Shown piece after piece: positions 9,395 through 19,364 of a DNA stretch of 64,000 bases. The first letter of the stretch is position 1. Each line of letters begins with the position of its first letter. A program made the translations under genes and the position numbers. The notes under the pieces are model-generated. The model had not been told where the DNA came from. It saw nothing but the letters and a program-made list of their open reading frames with translations, and did not search any database. The DNA is from a virus. The stretch covers positions 39,856 to 103,855 of the IMG/VR virus record IMGVR_UViG_3300033148_007227. One strand, written 5' to 3'.

Positions 9395-9450
9395 AACTTT
9401 CTTTTTTTTAAGACAAAGCAAACTTTAAAATTAATCAAAGGAGGATTGTA

Positions 9451-9978
9451 ATGGGAGACATTTTAAAAGATTTAGGTGAACTGTTTTTGAAGGGTTTTGT
9501 GGAAGATGAAGTTGAGATTTCCGGGTTCAAATTCAAATTGAGAACTCTTGATGAACAAGAATCTATATGGAGAGATAAATACACTGATCTCTCCATGAAT
9601 ACTTCTTTTTTATCATCCAGGAGAGTTCCTACATTGGCTATATCTATTCGGGAAATTAATGGAAAAAAAGTTAAAGATATAGTTGATATTAGTGAAGAAG
9701 AAAAGAAGAAGTATGAAGATAAAGAAGATAATTATAAGTATTTGGTAGCAGAGAAAGTTAAAGATTTTCTTCTTGAAGCTCCTCCTTCATTCATTGATAA
9801 ACTCTGGTCTAAGTATCAGGAATTGGAAAGTAGATCATCTACGTTTTTGGGGGATATAAAAGACCCTGAGTTTTTTCGTAAAGAGGGGAAAGGAAAATCC
9901 CCTTCTAATGATGAAACTGGAAGTGATGAAGCAAATGAATCTGCTCCCAACGGAGGAGAGAGTAGGCAAGCTCTCTGA
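9451..9978 (+). CDS. tail assembly chaperone (G-like)
   Basis: Between tube and tape measure; FKFKLRTL motif; low-complexity tail after the slippery TTTTTTCGT. Confidence 0.7.
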   Translation: MGDILKDLGELFLKGFVEDEVEISGFKFKLRTLDEQESIWRDKYTDLSMNTSFLSSRRVPTLAISIREINGKKVKDIVDISEEEKKKYEDKEDNYKYLVAEKVKDFLLEAPPSFIDKLWSKYQELESRSSTFLGDIKDPEFFRKEGKGKSPSNDETGSDEANESAPNGGESRQAL

Positions 9979-10375
9979 TTTTCAATGGATAATTTTATAT
10001 AAATATATTCAGGAAAGAAAAAATAATGAATTGGAAAATTATCTTACTATCATTCATAGAGTTCTCGGTACTGATGTTTTGGGAGATGATAAACTGATTC
10101 CTCTAACAGCGTTTATGAATGTGGATATGTTCAAAGAATTAATTAAGCAAAGAGAGATAGATGGAGAAGTGGATTCTGATCTTCTATCAGAAGATATAGA
10201 CCTGAAAGCTCAACAGATGTTTGAGAGTGATATAGAAGGAGCTTTTACAGAGGAAGATTGGAAGAAGATGGAAGAATATGAAATGAAGAAAAGAGAAGAA
10301 TGGGAACGTCTTGAAAAAATAGCAGGAATAAAAGTGATTGAAAAAGGTGAGGACATAGAAGATGCCTCCGACTAA
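9860..10375 (+). CDS. tail assembly chaperone frameshift extension (T-like); first ATG at 9908
   Basis: Overlapping +1 frame open from 9860; overlaps the tape measure start. Confidence 0.6.
   Translation, partial: KTLSFFVKRGKENPLLMMKLEVMKQMNLLPTEERVGKLSDFQWIILYKYIQERKNNELENYLTIIHRVLGTDVLGDDKLIPLTAFMNVDMFKELIKQREIDGEVDSDLLSEDIDLKAQQMFESDIEGAFTEEDWKKMEEYEMKKREEWERLEKIAGIKVIEKGEDIEDASD
9871..9905 (+). other. putative programmed frameshift site TTT TTT CGT with downstream hairpin
   Basis: T6-CGT at 9871-9879; GAGGGGA/TCCCCTT stem at 9883-9904. Confidence 0.55.
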
Positions 10376-12488
10376 TAAAGAATTACAAGAGCAAATTGAA
10401 ATTCTTGACCATCTTGGTAGAGTAATGAAAAGTACTACTGGTTCTGTGGATTCAACTGTTGATGCTACTAATGAATTAGGTGAAAGAATTGAAGATGCTG
10501 GAGAGAGAGTTGAAAGGTTAAAAAATAAATTATCTGATCTCAGAATAGCTTTTCAACAAGGAGTTGAAGTTAATCAAGAGATGCAGGATGCTATGGAAAA
10601 TCTTGGTATAAAGTTTAAGACTTTTACAGAAGAAGATATGAAAAAAATGAAGGATAATATAGATGTATTAAAACAAAGATGGAGTGAATTACCAGAGCAT
10701 GTAAAAAAGAAAGTTAATGAAATGGAAGCTGAATTGAAGAGGTTGAGTAGTGGAACTGAAAGTTTAATAAAGAGAGTTGGAAAAATTACAGCAGAAGGAG
10801 CAAGAAGTACGGTACAGCAAGTTGGTGCTATAACTCAAAGTGAGATATCTAATTTAATTCCTGGTGGTAGGGCAATGATGAAATTTGGAATATGGGGAAT
10901 ATTGCTTGGAGCAGCTTTTGCGGGAGTTGAAAGATTTAGAGCAGAAAGATCACAAATTGTAAATGAATGGAGAAGAATGACATTTGCAGTAGGTGAAGGT
11001 GTTGGTAAAGTTACAGCAGATGTTTCTTCTTTAGGAAGTCAGTTTGATGCTTTTAGAGAAAAATGGCAATTTGTGATGACTGAAGAACAGATGGTTAAAG
11101 TTATGGGTGGAGTAGGTGGAGTTTTGGATCAATTTCAAGGAAATATTGGTGGTGTGACAAGTGAAATGGATAATCTTATTATGACTACTACTAATTTAGA
11201 TTTAGTGATGGGTACTCAATATGGATCAACAGTCAATCAGCTTACTAATATGATGACTCAATATAATGTGAATGTGCAGAGAACAGTAGGAAATATGGAT
11301 AATCTTGCAAGTAAGTTTGAAGATAATATAGGGCCGACAAATTTATGGTTGCAGAATGTTATGGATTTACAGTCCAGGTTAGGGTCTCTTGGAAAAGATT
11401 TAGGAAGAGTAGGAGAAACTTTAGATATTACAGGTGAAGCTTCTCAGAGATTGGGTGGTGGTATGACTCAGGCCAGAAAGGCTACTGAAGAAATAATGGG
11501 GATTTTTGGAAAAGTTGATATTCCTTTTCAGTATTTATTGGGAGGAAGGATTGCTGGTGAGGGTGCTGGAGCTATGGAGAGAATTTTTGCTTTTAGAAGA
11601 CAGGCTAGGTTTGCTGGAATTGAGGGAAAGTTACAACCTGAAATGTTTATGCAACTCTTGGAAACTGTGGCTCCAGGATTAAGAACAGCTAGAACAGGAG
11701 AAGATGTAAGAAAGCAGTTGTTTGCGGCTGAGAAAATGTTGGGATTATCTGAAGAAACTACTACCATTCTTGAGGAATTATTTACTACAGCTGAGGACGA
11801 ACCTAGAAGCAGGAAAGAAATGTTGAAAGCTTTATCTAAGAGTGGTGATTTGAGTGAATCAATGAAAAGTGATGCTGAAAAATTGAGGAACTCTTTAAAA
11901 GAAAATGTGGGGGCAGTTGAAAGAGCTATAGGAGAATTAAAAGATATAATATTTAATCTTTTAGGTTTGATATTAAGTGCTATTCTTGGAGGTATTGCAG
12001 TTTTGGCCGCTCCTGACAGAAAGGCTGCCGCTGAAGCTTATATGAATATATTGGGAGGGAAAACTAATGTAATTATATCTTCTCTTAAAGGATTAGGAAA
12101 GACAGCAGGAGCTTTTCAGATTGTTAAAGATTTGGAAAGGATATATGGGGCAGGATCACCTTTAACAGAAGAGGAAGTAAGTGCAATTTGGAAAGAACAT
12201 GAATCTACTACTCTTGAAGGAAGAGCTAGACCATTGCTTTTTGACATTCCAGAGGGAACAGAAAAGTCCAAATCTCTTTCATCTGCTTTTGAAGCTTTTA
12301 GAATGAGAGAAATTGGAGAAGGTCTTAAAAAAAGTAGATTTGATTTTTATGATGTAACTAAGGAAGGTGGGCAATTAGTAATAAAAGCAAATATTGTAAT
12401 GGATGAGAATACTTCAAGTAAATTGAGTTCTAAGTTAAATACAAGTGGAAAAGATTCTGAACCGATTCCATCAGCTCCTACAGAGTAA
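10362..12488 (+). CDS. tail tape measure protein
   Basis: 708 aa, helical, Ala/Gly/Met-rich with hydrophobic segments; canonical position. Confidence 0.8.
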   Translation: MPPTNKELQEQIEILDHLGRVMKSTTGSVDSTVDATNELGERIEDAGERVERLKNKLSDLRIAFQQGVEVNQEMQDAMENLGIKFKTFTEEDMKKMKDNIDVLKQRWSELPEHVKKKVNEMEAELKRLSSGTESLIKRVGKITAEGARSTVQQVGAITQSEISNLIPGGRAMMKFGIWGILLGAAFAGVERFRAERSQIVNEWRRMTFAVGEGVGKVTADVSSLGSQFDAFREKWQFVMTEEQMVKVMGGVGGVLDQFQGNIGGVTSEMDNLIMTTTNLDLVMGTQYGSTVNQLTNMMTQYNVNVQRTVGNMDNLASKFEDNIGPTNLWLQNVMDLQSRLGSLGKDLGRVGETLDITGEASQRLGGGMTQARKATEEIMGIFGKVDIPFQYLLGGRIAGEGAGAMERIFAFRRQARFAGIEGKLQPEMFMQLLETVAPGLRTARTGEDVRKQLFAAEKMLGLSEETTTILEELFTTAEDEPRSRKEMLKALSKSGDLSESMKSDAEKLRNSLKENVGAVERAIGELKDIIFNLLGLILSAILGGIAVLAAPDRKAAAEAYMNILGGKTNVIISSLKGLGKTAGAFQIVKDLERIYGAGSPLTEEEVSAIWKEHESTTLEGRARPLLFDIPEGTEKSKSLSSAFEAFRMREIGEGLKKSRFDFYDVTKEGGQLVIKANIVMDENTSSKLSSKLNTSGKDSEPIPSAPTE

Positions 12489-12493
12489 ATACA

Positions 12494-13240
12494 ATGACTG
12501 ATTTTTTATCTACATATGACACAGATAGTTTATTACGGAATATACTGTCAAGAGAAGTTTCACAATACGGGGTTTCCAGAATACCTTTCTGGTTTGGTAG
12601 TACAAAGAGTACAGGGATCAGAGTTTCTGATTTGGTTGAGGATGAAACTTTTAGGATAAATTTTGAAGCTTTGAGAAAGATGCTAAGATTGAAAGTTAAT
12701 CCTAATTCAATAGAAATAACTCCTTATATAAGATTTGCAGAATCAAGGACCAATGCAGGAAGGATTTATTATCATTGGGTGAATGAAGAAGGAAAGGCAG
12801 TAGATATATATGAAATTTCAATGAGAGGTCAAACAGGAAATCTTTTGCCAGGAAATGCTGAAGCTAAAAGGAAACTTTATTTGTGGATGAAATTAAGGGA
12901 ACTTTCTTATGAACCTAGAGTGTTTAAAAGTACAGAAATTACTGAAGATAGAGTTAGAGTTGGACCTGAATTTCAAACAATTACAAGTGAAAAAACTAAA
13001 GAAATAAAAAATGAGTTTTTCATATTTGTTAGAACTGTTAGTTTACCGACTCTTATTATGTTTACAGGATTCTTCAAGACTCCAATAGTTATAACAGAAA
13101 GAGCAGAGGATCAGTATAACATTGAATGGAGCTTTACTTTTGGAGTTACTAATGTATATCCAAGATTAGAAACTTTATCTAAGGTAGCTATGATACCTTT
13201 TTTCCCACAATTATTGCATAGAGTGTTTGGAGAAACTTGA
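12494..13240 (+). CDS. putative tail tube initiator / baseplate protein
   Basis: LKVNPNSIEI motif and tube-like fold pattern; directly after the tape measure. Confidence 0.55.
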   Translation: MTDFLSTYDTDSLLRNILSREVSQYGVSRIPFWFGSTKSTGIRVSDLVEDETFRINFEALRKMLRLKVNPNSIEITPYIRFAESRTNAGRIYYHWVNEEGKAVDIYEISMRGQTGNLLPGNAEAKRKLYLWMKLRELSYEPRVFKSTEITEDRVRVGPEFQTITSEKTKEIKNEFFIFVRTVSLPTLIMFTGFFKTPIVITERAEDQYNIEWSFTFGVTNVYPRLETLSKVAMIPFFPQLLHRVFGET

Positions 13241-15180
13241 TGGCTCTTCAAAGTAAAAATATAGAGCTTAGAGTTTATATTGATGGTGTTAATGTTACAG
13301 AAAGATGTACCGGAGTAAGTGGTGTATCTTATCAGTTGAATAATCCTTCTTATTGTACTATTACTTTAGAATGTCCTGATTTTGATTTTCTTATTACTGA
13401 AGAAGATTTACAGAAAATAGATAATGCTAGAAAGACTAAAACTTTTAATAGTTTAACCTTCAATAATAAGTTTAAAAACTCTTTCTTGCCTGAACTAGCA
13501 GAAAAGACTTATGGATCAATAGCTAAAGGTGAAGCTGGTGGAACGGGTGAAGTAAAACCTAAATTTTTATATAAATTTGGTTTATTTAATCATGTAGTTC
13601 CGGTTCGAGCTAACGTAAGAGTTTTTGTTAAAGTAAATGGGATATGGTATTATGTTTTTACAGGAGTGGTAAATGGAAGATCATTCACTGTTGATGAAAA
13701 TGGTAGATATTTTGTTACCTATCAGGTTATAGATGTCTTTTGGTTCTTGAAGAGATCAACTCAAAGTACTTCTCTAGGAATATATGAACCAGCTAATCTT
13801 GTAGAATTTTTCAAAAATTATATAAAAATTGTGTCAAGAAAGACTAATAATGAAGATAAAGATTTGATAAGGGTTGTAAATGATACAGATGGGATATTTG
13901 CTATTCCTAATATTAACTATAGCATTACAAGATTTGGAATTAAGGAAAGAGAATTTATCCCGGCACTTATTTATACAGTTTATGGGGATGTTCCTTTGGA
14001 TATATCTAGTTATGGAGATGAAACAGAATCTATTAAAATAGGTGAAAATATAATTGAAAGGAATACAAATTCTTCTGGTCTTTGGAGTTTGCATCAGATT
14101 GAAGTTGGTGTGTTTGGACAAGGTGCTGAAAATTTCAGATCAACTTTGGATACTCTTTATAGTGGAAGAGGATGGAGAGGAAAAATCAGGACTATTCAGG
14201 ATTTATCAGTTTGGGATGATATAGTAGGAAATGTAGTGAGAAGGGAAGATGTAAGGGATTTAGCTGTTGTTGAAAATGAACCTGTTCCTGGTGAAAGTAC
14301 TTCGATGGATGAGGTTGTTGATATTATTGGAAAAGGAACAAGAAACACAGGTCTTTATCCAGCAGGAGGACAAGGACTGAAAATTCTTATGCCTGGCTCA
14401 TTGACTTCAGAAATTTATAATAAGTTGATCCCTTCTGATATTAAGAGTGAATCATTGGAATTTCATAATTTTCAAACAAGATTGCAAGCCTTTTCTTGGA
14501 TTGTTCAGAGAAGGACTGATATGTTTTTCTATAGCAGTCCTAAAGGACATTTAGTGGTGGAACTTCCTATGTATGATGTAGATCATTATGGAAGAGATGG
14601 TTGGAGAATTTTTACAAGAAATGATTGGTCAGGATCATTCTCTGATAACGAAAATCTTGATGGTCTTTTTTCAGTAGCAAGGGCTACTCCTCAAGTTGGT
14701 GCTGATGATCTTAGTATTGCTGGAAATCCTGCTGTAGTAGATATAATTCCTGAAGCTCAAGGAGCAATAAGTGAAGAATTAGTTCATAAGATAGGAGTTA
14801 GATATTTGGATAATGATGTTGGGTTTGGTTATATTCCTAATGATTCGAGGGCTGCTGAAATTAAAGCTAGAATTATTTTAAGTTTAGCTAACAGAAAGTC
14901 TTATACTGGAAATGTATCTTTAATTTTTGATCCTAGAATAATGTTGAATAGACAAGTTCAATTTAAAGAATTAGGAAGAGCAGGATTGGTTACAAGTCAA
15001 AGTACGAATTTGATTCCTGAGAATGCTCCTAGTGTAGATGTAAACTTGGGATATATGAGACAAAAAGGAGCAAATGGAAAATTTAGTATAGCTTTTGGAA
15101 CTGAGCTTAAAGATTTGTCTATAGAATATGATAGATTTTTCAACCCGGAAGTTTTTGATAAACCTAAAGAGGAAAGCTGA
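13240..15180 (+). CDS. putative baseplate hub protein
   Basis: RVYIDGV start, VFTGVV and FFYSSPKGHLV motifs; synteny. Confidence 0.6.
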   Translation: MALQSKNIELRVYIDGVNVTERCTGVSGVSYQLNNPSYCTITLECPDFDFLITEEDLQKIDNARKTKTFNSLTFNNKFKNSFLPELAEKTYGSIAKGEAGGTGEVKPKFLYKFGLFNHVVPVRANVRVFVKVNGIWYYVFTGVVNGRSFTVDENGRYFVTYQVIDVFWFLKRSTQSTSLGIYEPANLVEFFKNYIKIVSRKTNNEDKDLIRVVNDTDGIFAIPNINYSITRFGIKEREFIPALIYTVYGDVPLDISSYGDETESIKIGENIIERNTNSSGLWSLHQIEVGVFGQGAENFRSTLDTLYSGRGWRGKIRTIQDLSVWDDIVGNVVRREDVRDLAVVENEPVPGESTSMDEVVDIIGKGTRNTGLYPAGGQGLKILMPGSLTSEIYNKLIPSDIKSESLEFHNFQTRLQAFSWIVQRRTDMFFYSSPKGHLVVELPMYDVDHYGRDGWRIFTRNDWSGSFSDNENLDGLFSVARATPQVGADDLSIAGNPAVVDIIPEAQGAISEELVHKIGVRYLDNDVGFGYIPNDSRAAEIKARIILSLANRKSYTGNVSLIFDPRIMLNRQVQFKELGRAGLVTSQSTNLIPENAPSVDVNLGYMRQKGANGKFSIAFGTELKDLSIEYDRFFNPEVFDKPKEES

Positions 15181-16151
15181 TGGTTGTAGATATTTATAAC
15201 AGGTTGATAAGAGGTCATATTACATCTGTAGATATAAATAAAAATACTTGTACTGTTTTGTCGGCAGATAAATCAGGAGAATATGAATGTTATTTAAGTC
15301 ACCCTTTTATAAGTTCTACTTCAGGAATAAGATTTGCTCCAAGAGGAGGTGAAACTGTATTAGTAAGTTTTTCAGCTATAGGAGTTCCTACGATAGTGGG
15401 CTTTATATTGGAACAACAAAAAATAGAAGCTCAAAGAGCAAATAAAGATAAAGTTTTTTTTAGAGAATTAAAATCTAATGAATTAGTTATATATGGGGGA
15501 GCAACTGGAGATAGTGAGATTTATATAGATCAAAATGGTAATATACAAATAGGAGCAGGTGTAAGTGTTCTTAATCTTGATCCATTTAGAAGAACTATTG
15601 ACTTCATTACTGGTTCTTTGAGAGGGTCCACATTGAATGGTGTTAATGTAGATATGGGAAATGTGATAAGAGAGATAGCGGGACAGACTCAGGTAATTCC
15701 TGAAACCGTAGAATTTAGAGCACACGTTGAAACTAAGGATTTATCAGTTGTAGATGTAAAGTTTGGAAACGTGATAACTGATTCGGGAATACCTGATGTG
15801 AGTAGTAGAGCGCTTCCTAAAGTTTTTAGTTTGGTTACTTATGCAGGAATAGTTAAGTTAGGAGAAATATATGTGGATCAGGGAGGTTTAATAGAAGTGA
15901 CTTCCACGAATCAACTGAGTATTGATGCTCCTTTGATTCAGCTAGGAGGAAATCTTGCTCTTAGTTCTCTGGTAAAAGGAGAAGTATTGAATAGTCAATT
16001 AACAGAAATTATAAATATTTTGATTGAAGCTTTAGGAGCATTGAAACCAAAAGAGGGTTTTGAGAGTGTTCCTGCAACATTGATTACTCAATTAACTACT
16101 CTTTTAGGACAGATACCTTTGAATCTGTCTAGTTCAGTGAAGGTTAAATAA
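15180..16151 (+). CDS. baseplate spike (gpV/gp5-like OB fold plus beta-helix)
   Basis: GHITSVD...GIRFAPRGGETVLV OB-fold signature; LVKGE motif near C-terminus. Confidence 0.7.
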   Translation: MVVDIYNRLIRGHITSVDINKNTCTVLSADKSGEYECYLSHPFISSTSGIRFAPRGGETVLVSFSAIGVPTIVGFILEQQKIEAQRANKDKVFFRELKSNELVIYGGATGDSEIYIDQNGNIQIGAGVSVLNLDPFRRTIDFITGSLRGSTLNGVNVDMGNVIREIAGQTQVIPETVEFRAHVETKDLSVVDVKFGNVITDSGIPDVSSRALPKVFSLVTYAGIVKLGEIYVDQGGLIEVTSTNQLSIDAPLIQLGGNLALSSLVKGEVLNSQLTEIINILIEALGALKPKEGFESVPATLITQLTTLLGQIPLNLSSSVKVK

Positions 16152-16655
16152 ATGGCAGTTGAATTTGATGAAAGTGAATTTTTGTGTCTGGTAGATTACT
16201 TTGTGAGGGAAGTCAAGAGGGAAGCTTTGCTGGCTCTGAGAAATACAGCTATTCTTCTGAAAAGTTTGTTACAGACTTATTTAGTTACAAATATTAATGG
16301 TCTTATAGATAGACAACTGGAACAGACTCTAATAAATTTGAAGTTTGCTAATCCTGTAACTCAGGCTACTGATGATGCTACGAGATATATAAACGAAATT
16401 AGAACTTTGATGCCTCCTGATAATATATCTGAATGTGTAGGAGCTAATCTTATTTTGGAAACTGTCAATATTGCAATGGGATTTGTTTTGAGTTTTAAGT
16501 CTTTCTCTGATTCATATTTTAATAGATATAGAATTATATCTTTTGCTGAGAGTTTAAGAGAAGACCTTTTTAATGATGCTCTTAGCTATTTGGATATTTT
16601 AGTGACTATTATAGATGATGCTTTGACTAAGAAAACGGAGGAAGGACTTGGCTAA
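16152..16655 (+). CDS. hypothetical helical baseplate-region protein
   Basis: 167-aa ORF abutting neighbours. Confidence 0.55.
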   Translation: MAVEFDESEFLCLVDYFVREVKREALLALRNTAILLKSLLQTYLVTNINGLIDRQLEQTLINLKFANPVTQATDDATRYINEIRTLMPPDNISECVGANLILETVNIAMGFVLSFKSFSDSYFNRYRIISFAESLREDLFNDALSYLDILVTIIDDALTKKTEEGLG

Positions 16656-17031
16656 GATTTTTAAAATAACTGATGGTGATCTTGAAAAGGATAGTTTAAA
16701 AAGATTGAAAGTTATTACAGGAACAGATATTATTAGACAAGATGTAAGAGAGATAGTTCTTAATTCTTTATCTCCTGATCTTGTTAGTGAGGATGGGGAT
16801 GCTTTTTCTGATTTGGTGGAAGGGTTAATAACTTTAAGAATAACAGCCATGATGGAAAAGTTACAAGACCTCTTTAATCAAACAGATATTGAAAGAGATG
16901 AAACTGAAAGAATAAGAGAGATAGATGCTGTGGTTGTAAGAAGATCAAAGATTGATCCAAGAACTATGAAATTTTGGATCAGGCTTTTAACATTAAGTGG
17001 AACCGAGCAGGAGATTACGGGAGAAGTATAA
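16648..17031 (+). CDS. baseplate wedge / sheath initiator (gp25-like)
   Basis: 127 aa; GDL...LKVITG and DPR motifs; precedes baseplate J. Confidence 0.6.
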   Translation: MAKIFKITDGDLEKDSLKRLKVITGTDIIRQDVREIVLNSLSPDLVSEDGDAFSDLVEGLITLRITAMMEKLQDLFNQTDIERDETERIREIDAVVVRRSKIDPRTMKFWIRLLTLSGTEQEITGEV

Positions 17032-18449
17032 TGGCTGTAAGATCAAAAGAAGAATGGGTTACTTATCTGAATAACTTAATACTAGGAGTTGATCGAAGCT
17101 TAGATGTTAGTTTTGGTCCTCTAAAGAATATATTTGTTGATCCTTCTGCTAATGGGCTTTCAATTCTTGATTTTGAGTTGGATAGAGTTAAGAAGATATT
17201 GAATATAGATAATAATGATTTGATGACTGATGATGAGTTTGAAGCAATATTAGGAAACTATTTAGTAGAGCAACTTTCTGGTATTAAAGCTACAGGAGTT
17301 GTTTATTTCCAAACGAGTAATTTGAATTTTGATGTTACAATTCCAAGAGGTTTTCCTATAAGCACAAATCCTAGATTTGGAAATAGGGTTATTTTTACAA
17401 CTACTGAGAGCAAGACTATGTTTGTTGCTAGTGCTCCTAGTTTTTTCAATCCGAGTGAAAATGTCTATGAAGTAGCTGTAAATGTAGAAGCTACTATAGC
17501 AGGGGATATAGGAAATGTGCCAGAAGAGTCTATAACTGTGATGCTTAGAGGTATTACTGGGATAGATAGAGTTATAAACAAGAATGAATTTAATACAGGA
17601 TCGGGAGAAGAAACAAGAAATGAATCTGTAAGGAGACTGAAGGGATTTTTGAAGTCTAATGGAATATTGATGTTAAGAAAAGGTTTGCTTTTTGATGCTC
17701 TTAGACTTGTGGAGGATGCTTCGGTGATTGGAGCAGGAGATGAGGGATTTACAAGAGACTCTGAAAATAGTGGAGCAGTTGATTTATTTGTCATTGCTGA
17801 AGAATTAACAGAAGTAACAGATTATTTTAGAGTGGGGTATCATTATTTGGAAGACCCCTCAAATGGTGTAACTTGGATTTTTGAGAATCAACCTGTGAAT
17901 GAGATAGTTGAAGTTATTATAGATGGTAATGATGAAACTTCTTTATTTACTTTACAAAAAGATGATGGGGTTTATTCAGATTCTATAAGAGCTAAAGATG
18001 CTTTGTTTACTTCAACTCCAGCATCTCTTGATCCATACTTTGGGAAAAATGCTTCTGTAAAGTATAAGTATAATTCAAAAGTTGGGAGTGTGAACTCAAT
18101 TTATAATAATTTTGACAGGAGAGTTTGGGGTAGAGATTTGTTGGTGAGGGAAGCAACTAGTGTCAAGGCTGTAATAACAGCTACGATTACAATTCTTTCT
18201 GGTTTTGATAAGCCTACGATTGCTTCTACTGCCAAGACTAAAATTATTGATTATGTTAATGCTCTTAATATAGGTGATCCTCTTGAGATTGCTGATATAA
18301 CTTTTATTGTCAGAGGTATTCCAGGTGTAGATAATGTAGTTTATAGTGATTTTAGAAAAGAAAGTGATCCAGGAGGAATAGTTGAAGATGTAATTGTAAA
18401 TAGAAATCAATATTTGAGAACTAATTCTTCATTGGTTACTGTATTATGA
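17031..18449 (+). CDS. baseplate J-like wedge protein
   Basis: KATGVVYF, TIPRG, VEATIAGDIGNV, GSGEET and IPGVDNV motifs; ATG 17031 after GGGAG. Confidence 0.85.
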   Translation: MAVRSKEEWVTYLNNLILGVDRSLDVSFGPLKNIFVDPSANGLSILDFELDRVKKILNIDNNDLMTDDEFEAILGNYLVEQLSGIKATGVVYFQTSNLNFDVTIPRGFPISTNPRFGNRVIFTTTESKTMFVASAPSFFNPSENVYEVAVNVEATIAGDIGNVPEESITVMLRGITGIDRVINKNEFNTGSGEETRNESVRRLKGFLKSNGILMLRKGLLFDALRLVEDASVIGAGDEGFTRDSENSGAVDLFVIAEELTEVTDYFRVGYHYLEDPSNGVTWIFENQPVNEIVEVIIDGNDETSLFTLQKDDGVYSDSIRAKDALFTSTPASLDPYFGKNASVKYKYNSKVGSVNSIYNNFDRRVWGRDLLVREATSVKAVITATITILSGFDKPTIASTAKTKIIDYVNALNIGDPLEIADITFIVRGIPGVDNVVYSDFRKESDPGGIVEDVIVNRNQYLRTNSSLVTVL

Positions 18450-19132
18450 ATTTGATTGAGACAAATAGTATCATTTTGAAAATAGAGGATGATGTTCTTG
18501 ATAGTTTCGATTATCAGGAGCAAGTGGAATTTTTCAAACGAAGAGATTTCTATAAAAGTGCTGATTTTGTAATTCCTTATTTTAGAGATGGTGTAACAAT
18601 AGTTGCTGAAGGAGAAGCTGGAGTAAACTATCGAGTGGAAGCTGGAGATTTATCTTTTGATTTTGTAGAGTCAAGAAATATGTTTTTTCCAGCTACGGCA
18701 ATAGAAAGTAGAATTTTGGATATAAATGTTTACAAGGAAGGAAGTTATCTTGCAGGAACCTCTGTGGCTTTTGTTTTTTATATGATATTTTCTTATGTGG
18801 TTTATAAGGTATTGCTTGAACTTTTAGAGAGAGCTAGAGAAGTCAAGAAAAGTCGTTATCTTTTGGATAATACGGATTTTGCTGAAGGATTTGAAACAGT
18901 ATGGGGAAGACTTTATGAAATAGGAAGATTTGATACTTGGTCTTTTGATGAATATAAAGATTTGGTTATTCAGATAATATCAATTTTCAAGAATACTGTT
19001 GAGAAAAGTTTGAAAGAAGCTGTTACTGGAACTGGGTTTAAGATATTTGTTGAAGATGGAAGTAGAGTGGAAAGATATAGTAGTGGTTGGAATAAGATAA
19101 CGAATGATAATTGGGAAATTGAAAAAATTTAG
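18446..19132 (+). CDS. putative baseplate wedge protein
   Basis: ATGA overlap with J; FETVWG...FDEYK pattern as in gpI-like subunits. Confidence 0.45.
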   Translation: MNLIETNSIILKIEDDVLDSFDYQEQVEFFKRRDFYKSADFVIPYFRDGVTIVAEGEAGVNYRVEAGDLSFDFVESRNMFFPATAIESRILDINVYKEGSYLAGTSVAFVFYMIFSYVVYKVLLELLERAREVKKSRYLLDNTDFAEGFETVWGRLYEIGRFDTWSFDEYKDLVIQIISIFKNTVEKSLKEAVTGTGFKIFVEDGSRVERYSSGWNKITNDNWEIEKI

Positions 19133-19142
19133 AAGGTGAAAT

Positions 19143-19364
19143 ATGGAACTTAAAATTATAAGTGATGGAACTGCTGTTGGAACTCAGGTTGTGGACAGTG
19201 AGACTGGTAAACCTGTTAGTTTTGTTCAGTATGTGGAATGGAGTGTGGATGCTGAAAAAGGGATAGCTGAAGCTGTCTTGAAAGTTTCTAAAATAGAAGT
19301 TGATTTGACTGTAAAAAAAGAAGATACAGAGATAGTGGAGAGAAAAATAGATGCCGATCTATAG
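19143..19364 (+). CDS. small hypothetical beta-rich protein
   Basis: 73 aa; AAGGTG RBS. Confidence 0.55.
   Translation: MELKIISDGTAVGTQVVDSETGKPVSFVQYVEWSVDAEKGIAEAVLKVSKIEVDLTVKKEDTEIVERKIDADL

Noticed and set aside
9419-9430. Shared CAAACTTTAAAA upstream of the chaperone (9419) and SSB (about 45686) genes as a boxA-like or late-promoter motif
   Set aside because: Only two AT-rich copies in different modules, which is compatible with chance.
9884-9892. Lambda-type GGGAAAG -1 slippery site in the tail chaperone
   Set aside because: It is phased GGG AAA G rather than G GGA AAG, and the downstream ORF is in the +1 frame, so a -1 shift would not reach it.
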